The notes: generated from the sequence alone by a model not told the origin. Shown: positions 1 through 11,425, numbered from the stretch's first letter. The stretch: DNA of 28,603 nucleotides from Octopus sinensis (GCF_006345805.1 NW_021833525.1:1-28603), one strand, 5' to 3'. Numbers and translations: made by a program.

Positions 1-1028
1 AGGACCATCATGGTTTCTTGTTCTCTTGTTCTAAAGGTTCTAAGAATCCATCCAGCCAGCCGTCTACATTTCATTGCCAGTTTAGCAACATGTACATGAA
101 AGGTCGCGTCATCATTCATGTGAATACCCAGGTCACGCACTGATTGTGCTCTGGGATTGCAATCCCTCCGGGTCCAGTGTATTCATTGGGTATTGCATTC
201 AGTTTTGCATGCTGATAGTATAAAGCTTGAACTTTCCAGCATTGAACTGCATGCTATTCTTTTCAGCCCACTTGTATATTTCGTCCAGCTCACATTGCAG
301 GTGCTTAGTGTCTTCAGGGTTCTGTATTGCCTGTGAAACTTTTGTATCATCTGCATAACTTGTGATCGTGGCTCTCTGCGTGGCTGAGGGAATGTCTGAG
401 AGGGCCATTATGAACAGTAGTGGTCCCAAAACAGTGCCCTGCGGAACACCGCTCACTATTTGCGTGTTAATGGAAGTGGCCACATTGGCTGCTATCACCT
501 GACTTCTATTCTTCAGAAAGTCATGAAGCCATTCTCCCAATTTTCCAACTATGCCAAGATCACGCAGTTTGTGACATATCATTCCATGATCGACCTTATC
601 AAAGGCCTTTGCAAAGTCGAGATATATGACTTCCATATTTGAGTGGTTGAGCAGTTGTTTCAGCACCCAGTCATAGTGTTGTAGGAGCTGAGTTAAGCAG
701 CTTCTTCCTGGTCGGAAACCATGTTGGGTGTCAGGCAGCAAGTCATTTTCTTCAAGGAAGATGATTAGTTTCCTTCTGACTATTCGTTCCATGCCTTGCT
801 GATGTGTGAGGCTAGAGAGATAGGTCTGTAGTTCTTGGCCTCCGCTCTGCTACCTCCTTTATGAATAGGGCATATTTTACCTTCCTTCAGTTTTCTTGGA
901 AGTTTGCCAGTTGCAAGGAAGCTCTGAAAGAGAGACCGCAGTGGCCTTGCTAGGACCCTCTTACATACTTTTAGAAGGATTGCTGGGAATCCATCGGGGC
1001 CAGTAGCTGAGTTTGTTTTCATCTCATC
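1..1028 (-). pseudogene. Fragment of non-LTR retrotransposon ORF2 (reverse transcriptase), CR1/L2-like clade; frameshifted, cut at its 5' side by a (TA)n tract, runs off the window edge
   Basis: Minus-strand translations give SATGPDG, PIHKGGSR..KNYRPISL, QHGFRPGRSCLTQLL, IYLDFAKAFDKVDH, SGVPQGTVLGPLLF, YADDT and, after further shifts, SVRDLGIH..TF..HV. Frameshifts near 790 and 140-225. Confidence 0.93.
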
Positions 1029-1073
1029 TATATATATATATATTATATATATATACATGTATATATATTATAT

Positions 1074-1119
<46 letters not shown>

Positions 1120-1231
1120 ATATATATATATTAATATATATACATATATATATAACATAATATATATATATATATATATACACATATATATATATATTCA
1201 TATATATATTATACACATATGTACATATATT

Positions 1232-1281
<50 letters not shown>

Positions 1282-1300
1282 AATTATATATATATATATA
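1029..1300. repeat. (TA)n microsatellite, representative of many similar tracts (e.g. 1806-1865, 6620-6720, 9416-9735, 10980-11080, 12375-12680)
   Basis: Direct reading. Confidence 0.97.
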
Positions 1301-1809
1301 GTAGCAGTATTGCTCGGCTTTGCAAAATGGTAACATTTAATTCAAAGCGTTAAAAATGTTATGAAAACAATTGGTATGTGTTCACAAAGTCCAAACGATT
1401 AATATGAAAAAAAAAACCCAGGCTACATCCCGAAAATTCATTTCTTTGCCGAATTTCTACGATTTGTTTTTATATCTTGATTTTTTACTTTTCATGCAAT
1501 TTACGCATGCTTGCACGCGTGGTGAACACAGTTCACGTCAAACAGCTGACTGAGTAAAGTTCACTAATCAATGCATGGGATAAGGCCTAAACAAACACAT
1601 TATCGAATTTTGAACTTGCGAGATGAATTTCGGAACAGAAATAGCGCAGTTCAATTTTCATTCGCCTAAACTTTAAGGGACCCATATTTGGTGGTTCTAC
1701 GATTTGTTGGCTGGGGATGTGCCGGGAAGTTAAACACACAGACACACACACAGCACACGCACAATCACACACACAGATACACACACAGACACACAAGTTG
1801 AGTTTATAT

Positions 1810-1810
<1 letters not shown>
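1301..1810 (+). mobile_element. Possible non-autonomous Helitron-like (Lep1/HINE-type) element
   Basis: Begins TAGCAGTATTGCTCGGCTTTGC, like the ACTAGC..CCCGGC.TTGC 5' ends of such elements. Ends with an (AC)/(ACAG)-type microsatellite then TTGAGTTTATATAT. Architecture only, no coding evidence. Confidence 0.35.
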
Positions 1811-1853
<43 letters not shown>

Positions 1854-2669
1854 ATATATATATTATATTTGTTTGTGTTGTGTATATATGTATATGTATA
1901 TTGAAATATATATATATATCGAGAGAGAGAGAGAGAGACAGATTGAGAGAGAGAAGGAAGAGAAGGAGAAAACATATTTGTAATTTCAGGTGTTTCCAGA
2001 TTTGTAAAAGAATATTCCACATCTACCAAGACGTTACATACGCTTTCATCCTCTTCAGATCTGATGACATCTAAGATGCAGTTCTTATATCACGCAAAAT
2101 CTCTGTTAAAGTCATTAAATTTGAGAAGGTAATAGAACGTCGGTGGTTGTGTCAGGCCAGAACAGCATGAGGCAGGTGGGGAAAGTCAGAATAAGTTTAC
2201 GATTTTGAAGTGGGTAGATTAGCAAGGGTGGGGAGGCTACTTCACTTGTTAGAAGCAAAGGTAGACCCTTTGATATAGAATTATTATTTTTTTTTATATA
2301 TAAATCGTTCAAGTTCTTTTGTTCTGCTTTGTTACTAGTAAGTACATCATGTACCCTACGTGTACACGTATATATATATATATATATATATATATACTCA
2401 TAACCCGTACATAATCATATGTATTTTGGAAAAGAATGCTAAAGTACTTTGTCAGTACTTTAAAATGAAGCCTACAAGTTTTCACCTGATATTGGGTCTA
2501 TCAACAATTTTGTGCAAGTCACGACTGTATATGGTGATGGTTGTACCTTCGCTGCCGCCACCACCAACCTCGCGGCTACTGCTACAGTTGTTATTATTGT
2601 TCTTTTAGCACCAGATAATTCCTAAGGAAACAGACACATCAGCAATAGAAAACGCCTAATTAACAGAGT

Positions 2670-3290
2670 CTTTAGAGCGTTGAACAGAATGCTTCGCAAT
2701 GTTTGTTCCGACGAAGCTGGCAGAATCGTTAACACGTCGGGTAAAATGCTTTGCGGCATTTCGTCTGTCTACACGTTCTGAGTACAAATTCTGCCGAGGT
2801 CAACTTTGCCGTTTATCCTTTCGGGGCCAATAAAATAAGTACCAAATGATTATAACAACTGATATAATCGACTTACTCCTTCTATAAAATTGCTAGCTCC
2901 GTCCTAAAATTTGAAACTAATAGTTGTCCTGAAAGTCTGAGTTCAAATTCTGCTGATGTCAACTTTGCTTTTATTCTTCCGGGATCGATAATAAAATACC
3001 AATCCAAGAGGGGAAATTGCTGGAATTTTTAAAAATTATTTTAACTCATGTTATTTTCCCAGAAATCTTTTGTCACACGTCTGTGACCTCTTGTTTGTGA
3101 GCAGTAAAGAAATAAGAATCGTTAGCACGACGGGCAAAATGTTTAGTGACATTCCGTCCGTCTTTTTGTTCTGAGGTCAAATGCCGTCAGGGTCGGTCGA
3201 TAAAATAAGTACCAGTTGAAACTGGTGTTGATTTATCGACTTAACCCCTTCCTCGAAATTAGTCGTCCTGTGTTAATATTTGAAACAATC
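2670..3290 (+). mobile_element. Cluster of 3-4 decayed or partial copies of tRNA-derived SINE family B
   Basis: Repeated GCTGGCAGAATCGTTA..GGGYAAAATGC..TTCTGAGTTCAAATT..GAGGTCRACTTTGC..GATAAAATAAGTACC, matching copies at 3991-4227 and 20062-20425. Confidence 0.8.
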
Positions 3291-3599
3291 ATATACTCTT
3301 TTACTCTTTTACTTATTTCAGCCATTTGACTATGTTCCTTTCCGCAGTCATTTTTGCATGTATGTGCGTGTATGAGTGTGAATGTGTGAGTGCGTGTGTG
3401 CGCGTATGTATAAATGTGTGTGTGTGTGTGCGTGTGCATGCGTGTGCGCGCGTCCATCCAAAGGTGAGCTTGTCTGCTACTAGAAAAATCCATTCTGCAC
3501 AATGATGGAGCTACTGTTGTGACATGATCTTCGAGTAAATTACGTGTTACATTTGTCACAAAAAAATATTTGAAATGAAATCAGAGCTAAGTAATCATA

Positions 3600-3936
3600 T
3601 GAGGGCCCATGGCAAAAATACTATGAAATCTGTTTAAGCTTTTCTCCACTCTGGGCTGTCTTTTCCCCTTTTTGGTTCCTTGTTTTTTCATTTCTGCTTC
3701 AGTCATGTATTTACCCGATGGAAGCTTTTTTGTCCAAAGTCCTTTTGGTTTTGAATTGCCATCAAAGTTTCTGAAATCTTTCTTTTCTTTTCTTCTGGTA
3801 AGAGGAGGTCCATATTAGTTTGGTCTCCAAGTTTGGGAGGTTTAATCAGGAGTTTGGGCTATGCTGGCATAACTCTCAGGGTCATTGAGGCACACAAGCC
3901 TCCACACCACAACAAAGGCTGGACCTTGTGCTCAAG
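3600..3936 (-). mobile_element. RTE-clade LINE 5' UTR remnant
   Basis: Minus strand reads CCTTTGTTGTGGTGTGGAGGCTTGTGTGCCTCAATGACCCTGAGAGTTATGCC...GGAGACCAAACTAAT, resembling the conserved leader of RTE/BovB/Expander elements. It is closed by a 7-bp stem AGGTCCA/TGGACCT. Confidence 0.55.
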
Positions 3937-3967
3937 TAAAGAATCCCATAAAAATACTTGGTATATA

Positions 3968-4618
3968 GGTACAGCCGTGGCTGTGTGGTAAGGCGGTGAG
4001 CTGAGCTGGCAGAAACGTTAGCACACCGGGCGAAATGCTTAGCGGTATTTTGTCTGTCTTTATGTTCTGAGTTCAAATTCCGCCGAGGTCGACTTTGCCT
4101 TTCATCCTTTCGGGGGCGATAAATTAAGTACCAGTTTCGTACTGGGGTCGATGTAATCGATTTAATCCCTTCATCTGCCTTTGTTTGTTCCCTCTATGTT
4201 TAGCCCCTTGTGGGCAATAAAGAAATGTGAAGTTTGCTTCCAAACCACATGGTTTCGGAATCAGTCCCACTGCGTGGCGCCTTGAGAAAATGTCTTCTAT
4301 AATAGCCTCGATCCGACCAAAGCCTTGTGACTGGATTTGGTAGACGGAAACTGAAAGAAGCCCGTTGTAACATAAATATGAGTCTGTCTGTCTGTCTGTC
4401 TTTGTGTAAATGTTTGTCTCCCACCACCGCTTGAAAACCGGTGTTGGTGAGTTTACGTCCTTGTAATTTAGCAATTTGGCAAAAGAGAGCGATAAAATAA
4501 GTACCAGGCTTTACAAAAAAAAAACAGTACTGGAGTTGATGAGTTCGACTAAAATTGTTCGTGTTACCCCAGCATGGCCACAGTCTAATGACTGAAGCAA
4601 GTATAAGATAAAAGATAT
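3968..4618 (+). mobile_element. tRNA-derived SINE family A, interrupted by a family B SINE; includes an internal microsatellite and 3' module
   Basis: Head GTGGCTGTGTGGTAA (A box) at 3968-3990 resumes at ~4228 with GAAGTTTGCTTCC..AGTCCCACTGCGTGGC..CTTGAG. The 3' module ..CCAGCATGGCCACAGTCTAATGACTGAA..GATAAAAGATA recurs at 18180-18402. Confidence 0.75.
3991..4227 (+). mobile_element. tRNA-derived SINE family B, full length, nested in SINE A
   Basis: GGCGGTGAGCTG..GCAGAAACGTTAGC head, B box GAGTTCAAATTCC, tail CCCCTTGTGGGCAATAAAGAAAT. Confidence 0.85.
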
Positions 4619-4967
4619 AAATGTGCTGTGTACACTCTCTTTGCATATTCTACTGCTACTACAACGTTGTCTGCTCTTACGATCTATGAAGACATCATTA
4701 CCCCTCCTGTCACCTCTAGTTATTTTCTCCATCATGTTTTTCCAAGACCACCAGCTGTCTAGAAATTCCATTAAAGGTTTTCTATTCATATCAACCGCCA
4801 GATGTCTGAACTGAACATCACCCACATCAATCTCACTAGTTTGGGATGGTTTGTAAAGGTCATCTCTTTGGCTAACTTATTAAAAATAACATGTATATAT
4901 ATATATTAAGAATGATGATGAATGAAGTCGGTATATGTCGTGTGTGTGTGTGTTTGTGTGTGTGTGT

Positions 4968-5020
<53 letters not shown>

Positions 5021-6446
5021 TATGTCTATTCTACTTTCAGTATTTCCTGCTCTTTCTTCATGTAGTGTGTGAGTGTAATTTTGAAAAAAGAATGATAGTA
5101 TGAAAGGCAGAGGAGTACATACACGCATACATACATACACACACACACACACATACACACGCATAAACACAAAAATCCATCCATCAATCTATCCATCTAT
5201 ACATACAAGCATAATTCAAATATGCGTACATACATGCGCATATACATACATAAATACATTCATATTTACATGACATGTTTTTCGCGTATGTGTGTGTTTT
5301 GTGTGTGTATATGTGTCTGTGTGTGCGTGTGTGAATATACGGTTGTGTATGTATGATTGCATGTATATGAGTTTGTGTGTGCGCGAGTGTGCATCTGTCT
5401 ATATGAGTATGTGTGTGCGTGTGAGGGTGCATCTGTCTAAATGTGTGTGTGCGAATGAGTGTGCATCTGTGTGTGTATGTATGTGTGAATGTGTGTGCGC
5501 GCGGATGGGCATCTATCTGTATGCATGTGTGCATCTGTGCGTGCGTGTGTGTGTATGTGTGTGTGCTTGTGCACATGTGAGTGAATAACATCGGAGTGAA
5601 CTTTCAGCGTCGAACACACACACACACACAGACAGACAGACACACACACACACTTACAATATCTAATGTGTGAGGCACACGCATAGCTGGAGGTAAACAA
5701 ACTGATGAAATCCATCTTCAAGTTGGTTTCGGTTCAAATCTTCCGTTAGCGAATTCCCATCTGACTGGGATACATCTCTTAAAGGTCAGATGTTGCACAA
5801 GTTCACGTCTTCAACGGACCTTGTTCTTTGAAGTCAATATCTTGTTCGACGTCTGGAGATTACTTACGATTACCGAAACCTCTAACAACATATTGCATAA
5901 TTTGTAATCGTTTATAGCTTACATATATCTATAAACACTTGTTTCCAAACATAGCACAAGCTACATTTGAAGGCACTCCGTGGGTTTTTAACAGACTTTT
6001 ACTTTTCATACTTCACATTACTGAACTTTATTTACAATTTTCAATCTTCCGCGATTATACGTATCTACACGCGCATAAATGTTTCTTATGATCGAATTTC
6101 ATCATTATATACTAGAATAGAATGTCTTCATTTAGATTTTATTTGAATTATTTTAATATCTACATGAGTTTATTGATCCTAAAAAATACATGAATGGAAC
6201 AACGTATCATGCCCAATCACGTCTTATAAATAATAAGAAACATGATTTCGTTTATCTGGATGTAAATTACTGACAACTGAAGTTTTTATATTCTACTAAA
6301 AATTTATATATATATATATATATATATGAGTGTGTGTGTGTGCGCGCGCGCGCGCGTGTGTGTGCGTGTGTGTGTATGTGTTATCTCCCCTTCTTCCTAG
6401 CTCTCCTGTGTGACTCTTCTGTCCGGCCTTCGCCATGATAGATCGC

Positions 6447-6620
6447 TAGCCACTACACATTCTTTATTTTCCCTCCTTGTTTCTTTCTGTGTTCCTTTCT
6501 GTGGAAGAGCGTAGGCTCGAAACGTTAAAGACTTTTCACTTCCCGAGCGTTATACTAATACATCTGTTTTTTGTCTACACCACCTGTCTTCGACTTTTGT
6601 TTTTCTTGTGAATTCTGCCT
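6447..6620 (+). mobile_element. Short non-coding Penelope-like repeat (family HH-A) carrying a minimal hammerhead motif
   Basis: Homologous inverted copy at 8452-8621; ends in (TA)n. Confidence 0.65.
6495..6530 (+). ncRNA. Minimal type I hammerhead-like motif (variant core)
   Basis: CTTT-CTGTGGA-A-GAGC-GTAG-GCTC-GAAA-C-GTT-AAAG: stem I CTTT/AAAG, stem II GAGC/GCTC, palindromic ACGT helix III. Core has T at conserved A6. Confidence 0.55.
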
Positions 6621-6680
<60 letters not shown>

Positions 6681-7714
6681 ATATATATGTACTTATATAC
6701 ATACGCGCATATATATATTTGTAAGAAGTTGGTGATTCACTATGTTACTATTAAGTTACTCTCTCGACGCTATACTCTAAAATATACTTTTGAGTACTTT
6801 ATCTAACGATTGTTAAAACTAAGACGTGTATAGCTTGCCCCCACCTCTGTCGGGTACTAACTACGAACTGAAAAAAAATTCCCAGAAAGCAAAAGAAAAC
6901 AAAAGCCTAAAAATTAAGTGACTTCCACTCATTCACTCCACAAAAAGCATCACTACTACAATAAAAGTTGTATATAAAACGCCAGACAGGAAAACCTCAA
7001 AGTGTTACAGGAACAAGCGTTTTTTTTTTGCGATTATAACAGAAAAGCCACTCCTGTAGTTAATAAGCTTGGCTTCAGAACAAACACCCATGCACAAATT
7101 ATATGAATTAAACATCTGTATACTTACATACACACGCACTCATTCTCCAAATTACTATCAGATAATATCATACAAACATAAAAAGAACCAAGCCCTAACA
7201 TTTGTAACATGATAACCAACGAGGTATAAAGGTAAGTGCAACAAACGAAATCCGAAATATAAAAATTACTTCGTCGTGAAATTTAAATATTTGAAATAAC
7301 AGATGATTTAGCATTGTAATAACTTAAGTTTTACAGAGTATGAAAACACGATTGTTGGGGGCTCAGTATTCTGAGAGCTGAAAGATGATTGTCATTAGCT
7401 AATGAGCTAATTTTGCACTCATTGTTCAGTTTGGATCACTTGCTCGAATCGATATGTCGGTGATTGATGATTAAATGGGGATAACATTGGCACGTTTAAC
7501 AGGAATACACTTCTTCGCTCGTGTTAGAAATTCTTGTGAAATTGAATTTTAATAAAATTTATAGAATAATGTTAATAACCAGTGACTTAAAATTAGCTAA
7601 CAGCAAGCTCCATTGATGGCATTATTATGACAGTTCATTTTTTTTGTTTTGTTTTGGGATACACTACGCTGTTGGAATATGCAAATATTTTCCAAGAAAC
7701 AGACAACAGTTACG

Positions 7715-7960
7715 ATCTTAGGATGAGTAAAGAAGATATTTTTGAAAATTTTCCAGATTTACAGTGGGCAGAAAAATTTCTCGTAGTCTCCAATAAAACT
7801 TTAAAGGAATTGGGGATTCCCCTGTGCCTGAACGAGAAGGGATGCATATGATGAATGAATCTCCCCCTTGAGGTCATTTACAGTGCGCCCTGTGTAGTGT
7901 TTTGAGAATGTCATCGGATGGAGCAAGAGTTGCTCTATAGACCTCAACCTAGGTAAAGCA
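7715..7960 (+). pseudogene. Possible decayed Helitron RepHel fragment
   Basis: Translation RMSKEDIF..LQWAEKFLVVSNKTLKELGIP..LPLEVIY resembles the MSEDI..KTL..LG(L/I)P..E..Y region upstream of Helitron helicases. In-frame stops present; weak similarity by eye only. Confidence 0.3.
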
Positions 7961-8451
7961 GAATCTATGCTGTAGAAAAGTAATTTCGTTACCATAGTTG
8001 CATGTTGATGTTTGGAGTAAACTAGCGTAGATGAAGCCTTTTTTTTTTCGTTCGCAGTATGCGATGTCAAGTGATATTAGGTACTTAATTTCATTCCGTA
8101 AAATTAGCTGTTAATACCATTCCATAAAATTCATTGAAATGTTAATTTCTCTAGAATTTTAACAGAAATCAACGAACGCTATTCTTATTCATCACAGTAG
8201 AGTTACTCTATACCCAGCGGTGGAATCCTCAGCCACTTGCACGTTAACTTGAAGAGCAGGTTGTTCCGAATATGATTTTTGCTTCTGTGAAATTTGAAGT
8301 AAACCGATTGTGAATGAAAGTGTTTATTTAAATACACACACACACACACACACACACACCACACACACACACACACCCACACACACCACACACACACGTA
8401 ATATATAGATATGTGTGAGTGAGTATATGTATGTATATATATATATAATAT

Positions 8452-8621
8452 ATAGGAGAGTTTACGAAAAACAACAAAAGACGAAGACAGGTGGTGTACA
8501 AAACAAATAGATGTATTAGTATAACGCTCAGAATAGAAAAAGTCTTTTACGTTTCGAGCCTATGCTCTTCTACAGAAAGGGACACAGAAAACAAGGAGAG
8601 AAAAAATGTGCCTAGTTGGCT
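8452..8621 (-). mobile_element. Second HH-A repeat copy with minimal hammerhead motif at 8544-8579
   Basis: Minus strand CTTT-CTGTAGA-A-GAGC-ATAG-GCTC-GAAA-C-GTA-AAAG, then GAGCGTTATACTAATACATC..CACCACCTGTCTTCG as in 6447-6620; (TA)n on both sides. Confidence 0.65.
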
Positions 8622-8841
8622 ATATATATATATATATATATATATATAGATATATATATAATATATTATATATATACATACATATATGCGTAAAATGAAG
8701 AACGGTGTCGAGTGAAAATTCTGTGAATAATAATAATAATAATTATTATCTGTAAACTTATTATTTATAATATATATATACATACATATATACAACATAC
8801 ATACATACACACACACACATATGTATATATGTATGTGTGTG

Positions 8842-8882
<41 letters not shown>

Positions 8883-9094
8883 ATATATATATATACATAC
8901 ATTACATATATATACCACATTTTTTATGCATTTTACTATATATATATTGCAAAATGTTGCACAGAATGACGACGAAGGGATATACGGAGAACAGGAAAAA
9001 ACCAGGACGAAGGTTGAATGTGTTATGTGAGTATTTCTGTTGGTATTTCACCCTGGTCAAAAGGGATAACTCTCTGTTAAACATCCATTAATGT

Positions 9095-9226
9095 TATCTT
9101 GCCTGAAGAAATGACTCCATAAAGATGATCTGTCCGATGCACACTACGGACAACAGAGTAATCATCGTAGGAATACGGACTATGATCTTAAAAGGCATCT
9201 GATTTGTGGAAACGTGCGTAGCGATA
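9095..9226 (+). ncRNA. Type I hammerhead-like motif with large branched stem II, inside a ~470-bp element (~8945-9415) flanked by (TA)n
   Basis: CTGAAGA (9103-9109), GAAA (9209-9212), near-palindrome ACGTGCGT, GTA site (9218-9220). Stem I TATC-tt-GC/GC-GATA; internal hairpins TGTCCG/CGGACA and ATCAT/ATGAT. Confidence 0.5.
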
Positions 9227-9415
9227 CTTTAAATGTTTACAAATTCCAATCCAGGATTATGTTATGCTACAATATTTATCTTACATCATATCGGTACAGC
9301 TCGATGCAACCCCCAAAGCTGGTTCATCCGTCAGCATCATTAGCTGGGTCTAGCATAATGGGAGTAGGAACTTTATATGCATATTCAAAACGTTTCCCCG
9401 TAACAAATTAAAAGC

Positions 9416-9463
<48 letters not shown>

Positions 9464-9963
9464 TATATATATATATATATAATATATATATATATATTAT
9501 ATATATATATATATACATATGTATATATATATTATATATATATATATATATATGTAATATATATACATATGTTATATAATATATATATGTATATATATAT
9601 ATACATATGTATATATAAATATATATATACAATATAAAATATAGAATATATATATACATATGTATATATAAATATATATAATAAATATATATATATATAT
9701 ATATATATCAATAAATATATATATATATATATATAATGATCAATTAGTCATTTAGGGTAGCAAAAAATTCAATAGAAATTTATCGCTACCAGCGGCTAGT
9801 GGAAAGAGAAAATAGTCAAAGACTAATATATAAATATAACAATTTAGGAGTGACCTTAACAGGCCATTCGTCCACCAAAAGAGCAGCCATAACTCACACG
9901 ACCGCCAAGTAGTAGTAAGATCTAAATTAGGTGAAAATTTAAAACCATTTACCCTATTTCATC

Positions 9964-10063
9964 TTTTTAGACGATGCATCGTTTTGTGTTATAATATGAT
10001 TTAATTAGCTTAATTAAATTAAATTAAGCCAATCTACCATAGGTCACACTTCATCAGTAAAAA
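9964..10063 (-). ncRNA. Type I hammerhead ribozyme motif, left arm (G12 reads as A)
   Basis: Minus strand TTTTTA-CTGATGA-A-GTGT...ACAC-AAAA-CGATGCATCG-TC-TAAAAA: 6-bp stem I, GTC cleavage triplet, 12-nt palindrome ACGATGCATCGT. Confidence 0.75.
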
Positions 10064-10563
10064 CCTGGAGAGACAAATATACACGAGGCGTCTGTATCGA
10101 TGCCTCCGAATATCTGTCCTTAAAATTTTCAAGACCGACGTATTCGCGCCAAACTTATCAGCAAGTAAATATAACCTGCCGATTCAATCTCAGAATTAAT
10201 TCAAAAATTATCAATTAGTCATGTCATTTAGGGTAGCAAAAAATTCAATAGAAAATTTAATCGCTACCACGGCCTGGTGGACGAATGGCCTGTTAAGGTC
10301 ACTCCTAAATTGTTATATTTATATATTTAGTCCTTTGACTATTTTCTCTTTTCCACTAGGCCGCTGGTAGAGATAAATTTCTATTGAATTTTTTGCTACC
10401 CTAAATTGACTAATTGATAATTTTCTGAATATTCTGAGATTGAATCGGCAGGTTATATTTACTGCTGATAAGTTTGGCGCGAATACGTCGGTCTTGAAAA
10501 TTTTAAACAGATATTCCGGAGGCATCGATACAGACGCCTCGTGTCTATTTGTCTCTCCCAGGT

Positions 10564-10659
10564 TTTTACCGATGAAGTGTGACCTATGGTAGATTGGCTT
10601 AATTTAATTAATTAAGCTATTTAATCATTAATAACACAGAAACGATGCATCGTCTAAAA
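10564..10659 (+). ncRNA. Type I hammerhead ribozyme motif, right arm (U4 reads as C); predicted cleavage after 10654
   Basis: TTTTA-CCGATGA-A-GTGT...ACAC-A-GAAA-CGATGCATCG-TC-TAAAA; stem II extended by GCTTAATT/AATTAAGC. Confidence 0.75.
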
Positions 10660-10851
10660 TGATTAGGGTAAATGTTTTTTAATTTTCACCTAATTTCTGA
10701 ATTACTACTACTTGGCGGTGTGAGTTATGGCTGCTCTTTCTGGTGGACGAATGGCCTGTTAAGGTCACCTCCTAAATTGTTATATATATATACATATGTA
10801 TATATAAATATATAATATATATATATTATATATATATTATATAATATATAT

Positions 10852-10977
10852 AAGTTTTAAATAATCCAAACATGAAAACACAAAGAGAAAAACACACAAC
10901 GCGAGGACGTGGAACAAGTATAGTATTATGGACGCTCAAAAAAAAAAAAAAGAAGGAGGGTTTAACGTTTCCAGCGT
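10852..10977 (-). mobile_element. Truncated HH-B repeat, broken within hammerhead stem II
   Basis: AATCCAAAC..GAGGACGTGGAACAA.TATAGTATTA..GAAGGAGGG.TTAACGTTTC matches 26423-26566. Confidence 0.7.
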
Positions 10978-11425
10978 ATAATGTATATTCATATATATAT
11001 ATATTATCTATATATATATATATATAGATATATATATATATATATATATATAATCATATATATATATCTATATATATCAGATCATAGGTCAATGCAATAT
11101 CATATACACAATGTTAACGCACTGTAATATTGCTTATCGTATCATTTATATGCATAAATATTTAAACATTCGTGTAAACATTCTTGTACATATTAGTGTT
11201 AACATGTTTAATATTGTAAGTATAAGCAAAAAGAGAACTACAAATATTTATACGATGAGGATGGTGGTCTGCGAGCAATTTTCTTGAGTGGCTTATGTTT
11301 TTAATTCGTGTATAAGTGTTTGCGATAACAAAACTTAACGTACACATATGTAAGTGCATATGCGTATATATACATGCGCAAACACGCACGCACACACACA
11401 TGTATGTTTCTATGTATGTATGTTA

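Larger units (their letters stand above)
9739..10785. mobile_element. Inverted pair of ~470-nt hammerhead-containing non-coding monomers (retrozyme or Penelope pLTR-like), each slightly longer than one unit
   Basis: Left arm 9739-10281 (minus) has a direct repeat at 9739 and 10210 (period 471). Right arm 10274-10785 (plus) has a direct repeat at 10274 and 10740 (period 466). The arms are reverse complements in different permutations; (TA)n flanks. Confidence 0.85.

Noticed and set aside
1990-2128. Possible plus-strand exon (TTTCAG ... AAG|GTAATA, one open frame)
   Set aside because: No recognisable protein, no partner exon, and opposite strand to the other candidates.
4511-4825. 104-aa minus-strand ORF
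   Set aside because: Runs into a SINE tail and shows no convincing motif.
5700-5880. CTGATGA at ~5702 as a hammerhead core
   Set aside because: No matching stem II, GAAA or stem I arrangement.
9739-10785. Long-read fold-back artefact
   Set aside because: A fold-back would be mirror-symmetric about the junction, whereas these arms are different permutations with their own terminal redundancies. Read-level confirmation is still advisable.
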